A DNA stretch of 59,775 nt from Bacillales bacterium UBA1744 (GCA_002314915.1 DCHU01000041.1:1-59775); one strand, 5' to 3'; positions 49,159 through 57,744 are shown, numbered from the stretch's first letter. Notes: generated by a model not told the origin, from the sequence alone. Numbers and translations: made by a program.

Positions 49159-49522
49159 TGTCAATTTAAAATGACATTCAATACTATAAAAAGAATAATT
49201 GGAAATAAAAGAAACTCAAAGAGCATTGAAGTCAATAACAGCTGAAATTCATACTGTATCAAGCATTACCAATCAACCTGGACAAGCCTAGCCAAACAGA
49301 GGAAAGAGAATCTAGAGTATGGTGAGTCGATCCACGAGAGAACCAAGGTAGACCAACGCGTAAACAAAACAGGGAAGCAAATAATTTCGAAACATATGGT
49401 TAGAAATCACATTCTTGTTTATCCGAGTTGATAATCGAATGCGATGAATGGGCCATTGTAATTGGATAGAAAACATAAAAACAGCCGCAGAGTCCAGAAG
49501 GGGTTGAATTTAGCCATATTTA

Positions 49523-49547
49523 GAATTAGTAATGAATTAGTAGTTTT
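49523..49547 (+). repeat. Tandem copies of the recurrent intergenic motif (GAATTAGTAAT then GAATTAGTAGTTTT)
   Basis: The exact 13-mer AATTAGTAGTTTT lies at 49535-49547 and also at 58585-58597 (+) and 58702-58714 (-). Confidence 0.7.
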
Positions 49548-49649
49548 ATTATATGTGTGGAAAACCGTAAATTTCGGTGGTAAACCTATGCGAGTAACTA
49601 TATGTGCATAAATAGATATATAGATAATAACGCTCTTTTTCTATATATT

Positions 49650-49677
49650 GGTTAACATAATGGTCATTATGCGTATC
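49650..49677 (-). other. Candidate dif (XerC/XerD chromosome dimer resolution) site
   Basis: The minus strand reads GATACGCATAA-TGACCA-TTATGTTAACC. E. coli dif is GGTGCGCATAA-TGTATA-TTATGTTAAAT. That gives 9/11 and 9/11 matches in the arms. The site lies in a gene-free zone between converging gene orientations. Confidence 0.55.
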
Positions 49678-49687
49678 TATGCATATT

Positions 49688-49716
49688 TAAAGAAAAACAC
49701 CAGTGGAAGCTGGTGC
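49688..49716 (-). terminator. Rho-independent terminator after rsfS (end of the minus-strand operon)
   Basis: On the minus strand, CACCAG-CTTCCA-CTGGTG is followed by TTTTTCTTT. Confidence 0.8.
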
Positions 49717-49730
49717 TTAACTACTAACTA

Positions 49731-50072
49731 CTAACGAGATTTCTTGCTCTCTGAGTGAGCTACCACTGCTTGCAAGTCGATCTCTCTCCTCTTGTATTCG
49801 GTGAATAAATGGATGATTACGCTGCCCTCGTCTACAATGACCCACTGTGACTCTGGGGTACCTGTAATTGACTTGATTTCGAATCCAGCCTTTGCGTATT
49901 CCTCGTCCAATGCATCTGACCAACCGCCCAAAGCTCTTTCACTTGGACATGTTGCGATCACGTAATAATCAGCGAATGGCGTGATGTTCGCGACGTTGAT
50001 TACCTCAACATCTTCCGCACCTTTATCTGTTAATGTCTTCTTTGCTATGTTTACTTCTTTTGGGTATGCCAT
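49731..50072 (-). CDS. rsfS: Ribosome silencing factor RsfS
   Basis: 113 aa. FADYYVIATCPSERA and VIIHLF motifs. Terminal gene of the yqeG-type operon, as in Bacillus (yqeL). Confidence 0.85.
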   Translation of the reverse strand: MAYPKEVNIAKKTLTDKGAEDVEVINVANITPFADYYVIATCPSERALGGWSDALDEEYAKAGFEIKSITGTPESQWVIVDEGSVIIHLFTEYKRREIDLQAVVAHSESKKSR

Positions 50073-50073
50073 G

Positions 50074-51171
50074 TTAATCTCCTAAATAATAATCTCTACA
50101 TTCTTGTGTCAATTTATTCTGTACTCCTAGAGGTTTGTCATCTAGGAATTTCATATTCTCTTTCAAGACGTACAAGAATCCTTCCTCGTAGTCTTCTTCA
50201 CACGCTCTAATCATGTCACTTGAGTCGTAGCCGCGTGTTGGCTCGATCTTGTCTGCTGAGTAGATAATCTTCTCTAACGAGCTCATCTCTGCTCGTCCCG
50301 TACAATGGAACTCAATCGCATTCAGGACGTCCTCATCAGTGACTCCGAATAGTTCTTCCGCCATGTAGCGGCCAACCCATTGATGCAATGAGTATTCCGG
50401 ATAGTCTTTATACTCAGGGTAATTCTCTTCGATGATCGCCCTGGCTTCTTCCTCGTGAGTTGATTTGCCGAGGTCATGCAAGAGACCAGTGATCAAGGCT
50501 TTCTCGCCCATCTCAATTGAAATCTGCTTTGCGATGTTATAGGCCGTCATCGCCACCGACTCAGAATGTTTGAGTCTAGCTGGCTTGATATGTTTCTCTA
50601 ACTCTTTTACGAAATAGAGATGGTTGTCGATGATGTACGAATATACGCTGACAGGTATATCCATAAAATTAAGACCGCGCACGCGCGTAGATGATACTGA
50701 GCCTGACTCTAAGAAATTGAGCGATTCCATATGGAACTTCTCAACGTTCTCCATATTGATGTCGAAACCTGGCCTGTTCGAGAAGATTACAGTCGCCAAA
50801 CTGGCTATTTCATCGCTCTGACGCCATTTATCGAACTGGTTGACCTGGTCCGCGCCGATTAGGAAGTAAATCTTTCTACCTGGATACATTGCGCAGAATT
50901 CTTTTACGGTATCTATTGAATATGAGAAATCGCCGTCTCTATCGAGTTCCGTCCTCGAGATGGAGAATCTCTCATTGCAAGTCTCCGCAAGCGCAAGAGA
51001 CAGCATATTCAGTCTGTCTTCCTCAGATTCGTTAACGGTCTTCCATCTTGGGGTCTTAGCGAGAACGAAAACGACATCGGCGTCATATTTCTCCGATGCG
51101 GTATTCGCAATTCTAAGATGTCCATTATGGATTGGGTCAAACGATCCTCCAAAGATGACTAATGGTTTCAT
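50074..51171 (-). CDS. nadD: Fusion of nicotinate-nucleotide adenylyltransferase NadD with the YqeK HD-domain hydrolase
   Basis: N-terminus GGSFDPIHNGHL (HxGH nucleotidyltransferase). C-terminal HD domain LKHSESVA...GLLHDLGK. Confidence 0.85.
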   Translation of the reverse strand: MKPLVIFGGSFDPIHNGHLRIANTASEKYDADVVFVLAKTPRWKTVNESEEDRLNMLSLALAETCNERFSISRTELDRDGDFSYSIDTVKEFCAMYPGRKIYFLIGADQVNQFDKWRQSDEIASLATVIFSNRPGFDINMENVEKFHMESLNFLESGSVSSTRVRGLNFMDIPVSVYSYIIDNHLYFVKELEKHIKPARLKHSESVAMTAYNIAKQISIEMGEKALITGLLHDLGKSTHEEEARAIIEENYPEYKDYPEYSLHQWVGRYMAEELFGVTDEDVLNAIEFHCTGRAEMSSLEKIIYSADKIEPTRGYDSSDMIRACEEDYEEGFLYVLKENMKFLDDKPLGVQNKLTQECRDYYLGD

Positions 51172-51455
51172 AAAACGATCTTTGGGTGTTTGTTATTTCT
51201 CTTGAACAATAAAATTGTTCTTCCGATGATGGCGACAAGTTCAGACTTGGTGAGTTTTGTGATTTCAGCTGCAAGGTCTTTGGTCTCTTCGCCCTGTGTG
51301 TTCAAAATGCGGATCTTGATAAGCTCATGAGCCTCAAGTCCGTTATTGATTGCTTCGATTGTTGTATCTTTGAGTTCGCCTTTGCCAAGAATGACCGTTG
51401 GGTTCAATCCGTTGGCGAGGCTCTTAAGTGTTGCTCTATTTTTTGGTGTTAGCAT
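51168..51455 (-). CDS. yhbY: YhbY/CRS1-type RNA-binding protein (ribosome assembly)
   Basis: 95 aa. LKSLANGLNPTVILGKGEL and ELIKIRIL motifs. Confidence 0.85.
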   Translation of the reverse strand: MLTPKNRATLKSLANGLNPTVILGKGELKDTTIEAINNGLEAHELIKIRILNTQGEETKDLAAEITKLTKSELVAIIGRTILLFKRNNKHPKIVL

Positions 51456-52599
51456 TTTTGTTTACCTTTGCTCTAGATCCGTAGACTCCGATGCCTTTAT
51501 AGACATAGATACGGAATGTTTGATTATTTCCTTTAAAGGAAATCCAGCCTAAGCCTGAGATGCCGATGTCTCTCATGCCTTCCTGTGTGACGTTGACGTC
51601 AAAGACATCGAAATCCTTAAGTCCCTCGATTTCTTTGATGGTTGGTCTGATTGTTTTCTTGTGGATCTTTTCCATCCAATGTTTATCGATGTGGTGTCCA
51701 CCCTGAATCTCAGCATCGACTTTCTCAGCGCAGTAGACATCGATATCGGTTGATTTGCCACCGATTAAGTCAATGCGGCATAAACCGCCCAAGAATAAGG
51801 CATTCCCTAAGGAAAGATGCTTTCTTCTGACTCTGAAATCCTTCTGAGGGAACAATCCTTTTCTGAATGTGTCATCTCCGACGCTCATGAATGAGTTGGC
51901 CTCTTCGAACGCTTCGGTGGAATACATGCTTGAGGATGAGTCAAGAGGGATTCTGACGACTTCCATCTCGGTGCCTCTGTATTTTCTTGTGACAACGGTT
52001 CTTGTGGACATGTTGACGTAGTCAGCAAGGAACTTTCTTGTGAATGTTTCAAGAGGAGAAATCGTTGATCCGATGAGATAGACGTCATGTCTTGCTCTCT
52101 TCTCATTAATCTTTTCCTTGAGAACCTTCATTGATTCAGCGTTCAAGTCGGTGACGATGACGTCATCGCGAGTAACTCTGATGCGGTATGTTCTAAACTG
52201 ATGAGCGATATACTCTTCTTTATCGATTCTGTTGCCTTTGGCAAATTTTGGATTATGCATTCTTGCAACAATGAGGATGTTCTGGTGTTCGATGATATCG
52301 GCGACCTCGACAGGAATAGAGTACTCAAACGAGAATGTATCGATGAAGTAGACGATTAAAGCGTCGGTCGCCCTGGCGTCTTTGAGAATCTTGATTAAAT
52401 CCTTTGAGGCGTGGATTGAGTTTGGCGAGGCTGAATAATGCGAAGCCTTATAGCAGTCGTCGCAGAAAACAATGTCGTTCAATGACTTTGTCTTGAGGAC
52501 TTTCGGGTCAATGTAGTGTTCAACGTTCTTGTCTTCGGTTTGAAGAATTCCGCCGCATCTTGAGCAACGGCAGACGGTTGTTGTGATGATTGAGCTCAT
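51436..52599 (-). CDS. yqeH: YqeH-like ribosome-biogenesis protein with degenerate (probably inactive) GTPase motifs
   Basis: N-terminal zinc finger CRCSRCG...FCDDCY. Conserved IDTFSFEYS, LFLGGLCRIDL and ISGLGWISF blocks. Synteny is yqeG-yqeH-yhbY-nadD. The G4, G1 and G3 positions read VARMHNPK, GSTISPLET and YSTEAF. Confidence 0.8.
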   Translation of the reverse strand: MSSIITTTVCRCSRCGGILQTEDKNVEHYIDPKVLKTKSLNDIVFCDDCYKASHYSASPNSIHASKDLIKILKDARATDALIVYFIDTFSFEYSIPVEVADIIEHQNILIVARMHNPKFAKGNRIDKEEYIAHQFRTYRIRVTRDDVIVTDLNAESMKVLKEKINEKRARHDVYLIGSTISPLETFTRKFLADYVNMSTRTVVTRKYRGTEMEVVRIPLDSSSSMYSTEAFEEANSFMSVGDDTFRKGLFPQKDFRVRRKHLSLGNALFLGGLCRIDLIGGKSTDIDVYCAEKVDAEIQGGHHIDKHWMEKIHKKTIRPTIKEIEGLKDFDVFDVNVTQEGMRDIGISGLGWISFKGNNQTFRIYVYKGIGVYGSRAKVNKNANTKK

Positions 52600-52614
52600 A
52601 TAAGACTCCTTTCT

Positions 52615-53127
52615 TTAAAGTTTTTGGCTGAGGCCTTTCTCGTTGATGGCCTTTCTTTTGCCTTTTTCGAAAATTCTGTTGAATCTTGTCCAAGGTGGAT
52701 CCTCCTGAACAAGTTTCTCGGTCAGGATGGTCCTGATGCCCGCGCCATTACCGGCGATGACATCGGTCATGACCTGATCGCCGACAAGAACGGTTTTGCT
52801 CTTGTCTAAGCCTTCTAGAGCCAAGAGACGCTTAAGTCTTCTAGAGAGCGGTTTACGAAGCCCAGACAAGGCTTTTATGCCGAGTGTTGAGGCGAAACGC
52901 TGCACGCGCTTAGAAGTGTTGTTGCTGGCTATGTAGAAAGCGATACCGTTGTCCTTTAGTTTGTTAACTAAGGCAATGGTCTTTTCTTCAGCATCCTTGC
53001 ATTTATAGGAGGCAAGGGTGTTATCTAAATCCGATAGTACGGCCTCGATGCCGAGTTCTTTGAGTTTCTCTGGCTCAAGGTCGTAAATCGTCTTTATTTG
53101 GTAGGTTGGGATGAAGATTTTTCTCAT
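52615..53127 (-). CDS. yqeG: YqeG-family HAD-IIIA phosphatase
   Basis: DLDNTL catalytic motif and VGDQVMTD motif, 170 aa. First gene of the yqeG-type cluster. Confidence 0.85.
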   Translation of the reverse strand: MRKIFIPTYQIKTIYDLEPEKLKELGIEAVLSDLDNTLASYKCKDAEEKTIALVNKLKDNGIAFYIASNNTSKRVQRFASTLGIKALSGLRKPLSRRLKRLLALEGLDKSKTVLVGDQVMTDVIAGNGAGIRTILTEKLVQEDPPWTRFNRIFEKGKRKAINEKGLSQKL

Positions 53128-55751
53128 CCTTTTCTCTTTCCGGACATCTCGTCATCGAATAATGAGATCTGCTCGAACTCCTCAGCTGGCGCCTCTTCGA
53201 TTGGCTTAGCGTTCGCAACAGCCTTGTCAGCTGCTACCGGAATCTCAGGGTCGAAGTGTGGAGTGTTCTTGTCGATGATGAGTGTGCCCTCAACTGAGAT
53301 ATAGAGGATTCTTTCTCTTGCTGGGAAAGTCTCTGGTCTCTTTGCGTATTTCTCCATTGGAGTGAGATAGAAGTCATGGAATGTGACTTCCTTCATGTCA
53401 TTGTTGTGGAGGACTACACTGTAAGTGTATGGTGCTTCTTTTCCAGAAGCCTTGTCGATATAGACGACTTTGTGAGGCTCTTTCTGGAAGCAATTGAAGA
53501 TGGTTGTTGTCTTTGCGACACGTCCGGTCTTCTCGATGTTCTTCAAGTCGAAGACACGAGTGTGACCTCTATCGGTGATGAAGAGAATCTTTCTATCCTT
53601 CTCATCTGGGTTATAGCTCAAGATGCCGGCAATCTCTTTGCCCTTGAATGAGCCGATCTTCATGCCGCCCGTCTTAGGGTTTGTGATAGCAACTGCATTC
53701 TCGTTATAGAAGACAGCCTGGCCATCGGCACCTGCGACGAATAAGTCTGAGTTACCGCTGCCGACGACGACACCGATGACTTCATCGTTGTTGATCTTGA
53801 TTGCGGATAATGGCTTGGATCTTCTTGCTGTTGGGAGGGATGATAAGAGAACTCTCTTAATAGAACCCTTCTTTGTGGCGAAGATGACGGTTAGGTCTTC
53901 TCTGAAGTCGTTGTCAGTGACGACGAATGCGTTAACGATACGCTCGCCAGGTGATACTGGCACGAGTGAGTTGACGTGGAAGCCTTCATCGTTCCACTTG
54001 GCGTCTTTCAACTGATTGACTGCGAGCAAGAGGTAGTTACCTTTGTTCGTGAAGCATAAGAGATGGTCGATTGTCTGGACCTGGGCGTTGAAGACGAATG
54101 AGTCGCCTTCCTTGATGCCAGGCTTGACGTCCTTATGACCGCCAGAGCTCTTCCATGACTTGATGGAGCTGCGTTTGATGTAGCACTCACGTGTTACGAC
54201 AATGCGCACGTCCTCAGGGATGATGAGCGAACGGTGGTCGATAGCGGCCACGACTGACTCTTCTCTGATTTCGGTCTTTCTCTTGTCGCCATACTTCTTA
54301 ACGATGTCGTTAAGGTCTTTGATGATTGTGTCTTCTCTCTTCTCCTGGGATGAAAGAATTAAGTTGAGTTCGGAGATTTCGTTCTCTAAACGCATCTTCT
54401 CATCTTCAAGTGTGACCATATCGGTGTGAGAGAGTTTGTATAAAGGCATGTTGAGGATGGCCTCTGCCTGATCAATTCCGAAATTGAACTGGGCGATGAG
54501 GTTACGCTTTGCGTCTGCCTTGTCTTCTGAATGTCTGATGATGCGGATGACATCGTCGAGGATGGATACCGCTTTAATGAGTCCATCAACGATTGAGAGT
54601 CTTGCTCTATCTTTGTTGAGGACAAATGTTGTACGTCTTGAAACGACCTCTAACTGGTGCTGGATATAGCAATCGCAGTAGTCAGCAAGGTTCATGACGA
54701 ATGGACGGTTGTCGATGATAGCGACCATGTGTGCGCTATAAGAGACGACCATCTTGGTTCTATTAAGTAAATACTTAAGGATAGCTTCTGGGTTGACGTC
54801 ATCTCTTAAGTCGATGGCGATTCTTAAACCGTGCTTATCGGATTCATCTCTGACCTCAGTGATGCCAGGGATGACTTTGTCATGTCTAATCTTATCGATT
54901 TCCTTAACGAGTTCTGATTTGTTGACTCTATAAGGAATCTCAGTGATGACGATCTGCTTTGTGCCGTCTTCGTCTTCAGTGATTTCGCACTTTGAGCCGT
55001 TCTTGACCTTGCCAGCGCCTTTCAAGTAGATGTCCTTAAGGCCGTCACCTGAGTAGATGATGCCACCTGTTGGGAAGTCAGGGCCCGGAAGGAACTTCAT
55101 AAGGTCCTCAATCTGGCAGTCTGGGTGTTTGATTCTATAAACGACAGTCTTAACGACTTCGCCTAAGTTGTGAGGTGGGATGTTGGTGGAGATACCGACT
55201 GCGATACCTTCAGAACCGTTAACTAATAAGTTAGGGAATCTTGCAGGTAAGACTGTTGGCTCCCATTCGGTGTCGTCGAATGTGAGTTCCATATCGACTG
55301 ACTCTTTATCGATGTCACGAACAAGTTCGCCTGATAATGCCGATAATCTAGCTTCGGTATAACGGTAAGCAGCGGCTGAGTCGCCGTCGATAGAACCGTT
55401 GTTACCCTGGAAGTCGATAAGAGGCATTCTGTATGCCCATTTCTTGGACATGTTGACCAAGGCTTCGTAGATTGATGAGTCTCCATGTGGGTGATACTTA
55501 CCCATGACGTCACCAACGATGTGCGCGCATTTCTTGGTTGGTTTCTCGATTGTGTTACCTGTGTTCCACATATCGAAAATGATTCGACGCTGAACTGGCT
55601 TTAAGCCATCTCTAGCATCTGGGATAGCACGGTCCTGAATAACTTCTTTTGCGTACTGACCGAATCTGTCTCCCATTAAGTCATCTAATGTTGTTGGAGA
55701 GATATTCTCTTTGATGACAGGTTTTGGTGCTTCAATCTTCTTTTTAGCCAT
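53124..55751 (-). CDS. parC: DNA topoisomerase IV subunit A
   Basis: [16 protein letters not shown], catalytic [10 protein letters not shown]. No GyrA-box (QRRGGKG-like) in the C-terminal domain. plsY-parE-parC synteny as in Bacillus and Staphylococcus. Confidence 0.8.
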   Translation of the reverse strand: MAKKKIEAPKPVIKENISPTTLDDLMGDRFGQYAKEVIQDRAIPDARDGLKPVQRRIIFDMWNTGNTIEKPTKKCAHIVGDVMGKYHPHGDSSIYEALVNMSKKWAYRMPLIDFQGNNGSIDGDSAAAYRYTEARLSALSGELVRDIDKESVDMELTFDDTEWEPTVLPARFPNLLVNGSEGIAVGISTNIPPHNLGEVVKTVVYRIKHPDCQIEDLMKFLPGPDFPTGGIIYSGDGLKDIYLKGAGKVKNGSKCEITEDEDGTKQIVITEIPYRVNKSELVKEIDKIRHDKVIPGITEVRDESDKHGLRIAIDLRDDVNPEAILKYLLNRTKMVVSYSAHMVAIIDNRPFVMNLADYCDCYIQHQLEVVSRRTTFVLNKDRARLSIVDGLIKAVSILDDVIRIIRHSEDKADAKRNLIAQFNFGIDQAEAILNMPLYKLSHTDMVTLEDEKMRLENEISELNLILSSQEKREDTIIKDLNDIVKKYGDKRKTEIREESVVAAIDHRSLIIPEDVRIVVTRECYIKRSSIKSWKSSGGHKDVKPGIKEGDSFVFNAQVQTIDHLLCFTNKGNYLLLAVNQLKDAKWNDEGFHVNSLVPVSPGERIVNAFVVTDNDFREDLTVIFATKKGSIKRVLLSSLPTARRSKPLSAIKINNDEVIGVVVGSGNSDLFVAGADGQAVFYNENAVAITNPKTGGMKIGSFKGKEIAGILSYNPDEKDRKILFITDRGHTRVFDLKNIEKTGRVAKTTTIFNCFQKEPHKVVYIDKASGKEAPYTYSVVLHNNDMKEVTFHDFYLTPMEKYAKRPETFPARERILYISVEGTLIIDKNTPHFDPEIPVAADKAVANAKPIEEAPAEEFEQISLFDDEMSGKRKG

Positions 55752-57744
55752 TCTTCTTACCTCTCATCTCGTTTGTATAATCGTCTTCACTTGTTTCAAA
55801 TGAGACGTTTTCCTGAATCCACTGCCATCTAGGTTCTGAATCAGCACCCATCAATGTTGAGATTCTCTTCTCGACGATGATTGGGTTATTGATGACGACC
55901 TGGAGTAACTGGCGGGTCTTCTTGTTCATTGTTGTTTCCGCTAACTGGTCGGCGTTCATTTCACCAAGACCTTTGTAGCGGTTGATGCCATAACCGGCGC
56001 CAATCTTATCTTTTGCTTTAGCAAGCTCTTCATCATTCCAGCAATAGATATGCTTCGATGGGTCACTCTTCTTGTAGACTCTATATAGAGGTGGCTGAGC
56101 GATGTAGACCATGCCTGCATCGATGAGCGGCTTCATAAAGTTGTAGAAGAATGTCAAAAGCAATGCCTGGATGTGGCTTCCATCGTCGTCAGCATCGGTC
56201 ATGATGATGATCTTGCCGTACTTTGATGATTCGACGTTGAAGTCCTGTCCTACGCCCGCGCCAATTGTGTTGATGAGGGTGGAGAACTCAAGGTTCTCTG
56301 ATATCTTCTGGATTGATACGTTTTCTGTGTTAAGTGGTTTACCTCTTAAAGGTAAGATAGCCTGATGCAATCTATCTCTTCCGGTCTTTGCGGAGCCGCC
56401 TGCTGAGTCACCCTCAACGATGAATAACTCATTCTCCTTGTAGTCCTTAGACTGAGCTGAAGCGAGCTTATCGCTGATCATGAAGTCGTTGTTGGTTTTC
56501 TTCTTGGTGCCACGAGCAACTTCCTTCGCTTTTCGAGCAGCCTCACGTGCGTCGCGTGCTTCTGAGCACTTCTTGATGAGGTCGATAGCGAAAGCGTTAT
56601 GTTCGTTTAAGAAGTAAGTCAAAGACTTTGTGACAACAGAGGCAACTGCTGGACCCGCTTCTGGAGAACCGAGTTTGCCCTTTGTCTGTCCTTCGAATTC
56701 GAGTTTGCTCTCCGGAATCTTGAGCGAGATGACGGCGGTGAGACCTTCTCTGATGTCTTCACCAGCGATGATCTGTCCGCTCTTCTGGAGTCCGTTGTTA
56801 ACGGCCCAGTCGTTCAATGTCTTAGTGAGCGATGTCTTGAATCCTGTTTCATGCGTACCTCCGTCAGATGTTCTAACTTCGTTAGCGTATGAAAGGATTG
56901 TTTCTTTATAGTCTTTGAAGCACCACTGCATGGCGATTTCGACTTTGATTCCGCTGACGTCGTCCTCGATGTCGATGATGTCGCCGATTGGAGTCTTGTT
57001 CTTGTTCATCGCGTTGACGTACTCTTTAAGTCCGTGTTCGCAGAAGAACTCGTTCGTGTTTCCTGTAGCCTCATCCTTGATGATGAAGTGAATGCCTGTA
57101 CATAAATATGATCTCTCTTCGAGACGGGAAGCGATTGTATCGTAGCTGAACTTTGTGTTTGGGAAGATTTTTGGGTCAGGTTTAAAACGGCAGGTTGTAC
57201 CATGCTTGTTGGTTTTGCCTGTCTGGGTGCAAGGCTGGTCAAGCTGTCCGCCATCCTTGAAACGGATGAAGTAAGAGAAACCGCCTTTATTGATTTTTAC
57301 TTCGCACCATTCGCATAATGCGTTAGTAACTGTCGTACCAACACCGTGTAAGCCACCAGATGTCGCATAAGCCTTTGAGTTGAACTTACCGCCTGAGTGG
57401 AGAACTGTGTAGATGGTCTCGACTGCTGGTTTGCCAGTCGCTGGCAAGATGTCAACCGGGATACCACGGCCTTCGTCTTCAACTGAGACTGAACCGTCTT
57501 TCCACAATGTGACAGTGATTTTGTTACCGAAACCGTTAACGGCTTCGTCGACTGCGTTATCGAGAATTTCCCAAACCAAGTGATGTAAACCGGTTAAGTT
57601 GGTTGAACCGATATACATACCAGGACGTTTTCTAACGCCCTGAAGGCCTGTCATGATCTCGATATCTACGCCTGTGTAGTCGTCAACAACAGGCTGATCG
57701 GCAACAGGGTTGCCTTTTTTCTTTTCTTCCAAGATTTCTTTCAT
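55744..57744 (-). CDS. parE: DNA topoisomerase IV subunit B
   Basis: GHKL ATPase (HHLVWEILDNAVDE, GGLHGVG), Toprim EGDSAGG, PLRGK, DADDDGSHI. 8-nt overlap with parC. Confidence 0.8.
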   Translation of the reverse strand: MKEILEEKKKGNPVADQPVVDDYTGVDIEIMTGLQGVRKRPGMYIGSTNLTGLHHLVWEILDNAVDEAVNGFGNKITVTLWKDGSVSVEDEGRGIPVDILPATGKPAVETIYTVLHSGGKFNSKAYATSGGLHGVGTTVTNALCEWCEVKINKGGFSYFIRFKDGGQLDQPCTQTGKTNKHGTTCRFKPDPKIFPNTKFSYDTIASRLEERSYLCTGIHFIIKDEATGNTNEFFCEHGLKEYVNAMNKNKTPIGDIIDIEDDVSGIKVEIAMQWCFKDYKETILSYANEVRTSDGGTHETGFKTSLTKTLNDWAVNNGLQKSGQIIAGEDIREGLTAVISLKIPESKLEFEGQTKGKLGSPEAGPAVASVVTKSLTYFLNEHNAFAIDLIKKCSEARDAREAARKAKEVARGTKKKTNNDFMISDKLASAQSKDYKENELFIVEGDSAGGSAKTGRDRLHQAILPLRGKPLNTENVSIQKISENLEFSTLINTIGAGVGQDFNVESSKYGKIIIMTDADDDGSHIQALLLTFFYNFMKPLIDAGMVYIAQPPLYRVYKKSDPSKHIYCWNDEELAKAKDKIGAGYGINRYKGLGEMNADQLAETTMNKKTRQLLQVVINNPIIVEKRISTLMGADSEPRWQWIQENVSFETSEDDYTNEMRGKKNG

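Noticed and set aside
49156-49166. Second dif-like site (TTATGTCAATT) that would bracket an integrated element.
   Set aside because: Only the XerD-arm half matches (9 of 11). The expected XerC arm and central region (49139-49155) show no similarity and overlap the deoB terminator T-run. It is kept only as a weak note in the pseudogene finding.
49243-49245. In-frame TGA in the decayed ORF read as Trp (Mollicutes code 4) or selenocysteine.
   Set aside because: TGA clearly terminates dtd (7822-7824) and holA (19382-19384) at conserved C-termini. All Trp codons I checked are TGG. No SECIS-like hairpin follows.
49160-49650. Possibility that the long gene-free region encodes RNase P RNA, tmRNA, SRP RNA or a tRNA.
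   Set aside because: GAGGAAAGAG at about 49299 superficially resembles the RNase P P4 strand (GAGGAAAGUCC). I could not find the complementary ACAGAA..GGCUUA strand, a tmRNA tag frame with a UCCACCA end, an SRP domain IV motif, or a tRNA cloverleaf. A covariance-model scan would be decisive.
51780-51800. The GGKST string in the YqeH-like protein (RIDLIGGKSTD) as a relocated P-loop.
   Set aside because: It lacks the GxxxxGK spacing. It aligns to the C-terminal non-GTPase domain (the Bacillus FDYVSGERS region), not to the G1 position.
53124-57744. Calling the type II topoisomerase pair gyrB/gyrA.
   Set aside because: Subunit A has the PVQRRI motif and no GyrA-box in the C-terminal domain. The pair sits next to plsY, as parE-parC does in Bacillus and Staphylococcus, rather than in a dnaA-dnaN-recF context. 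Some uncertainty remains without phylogeny.
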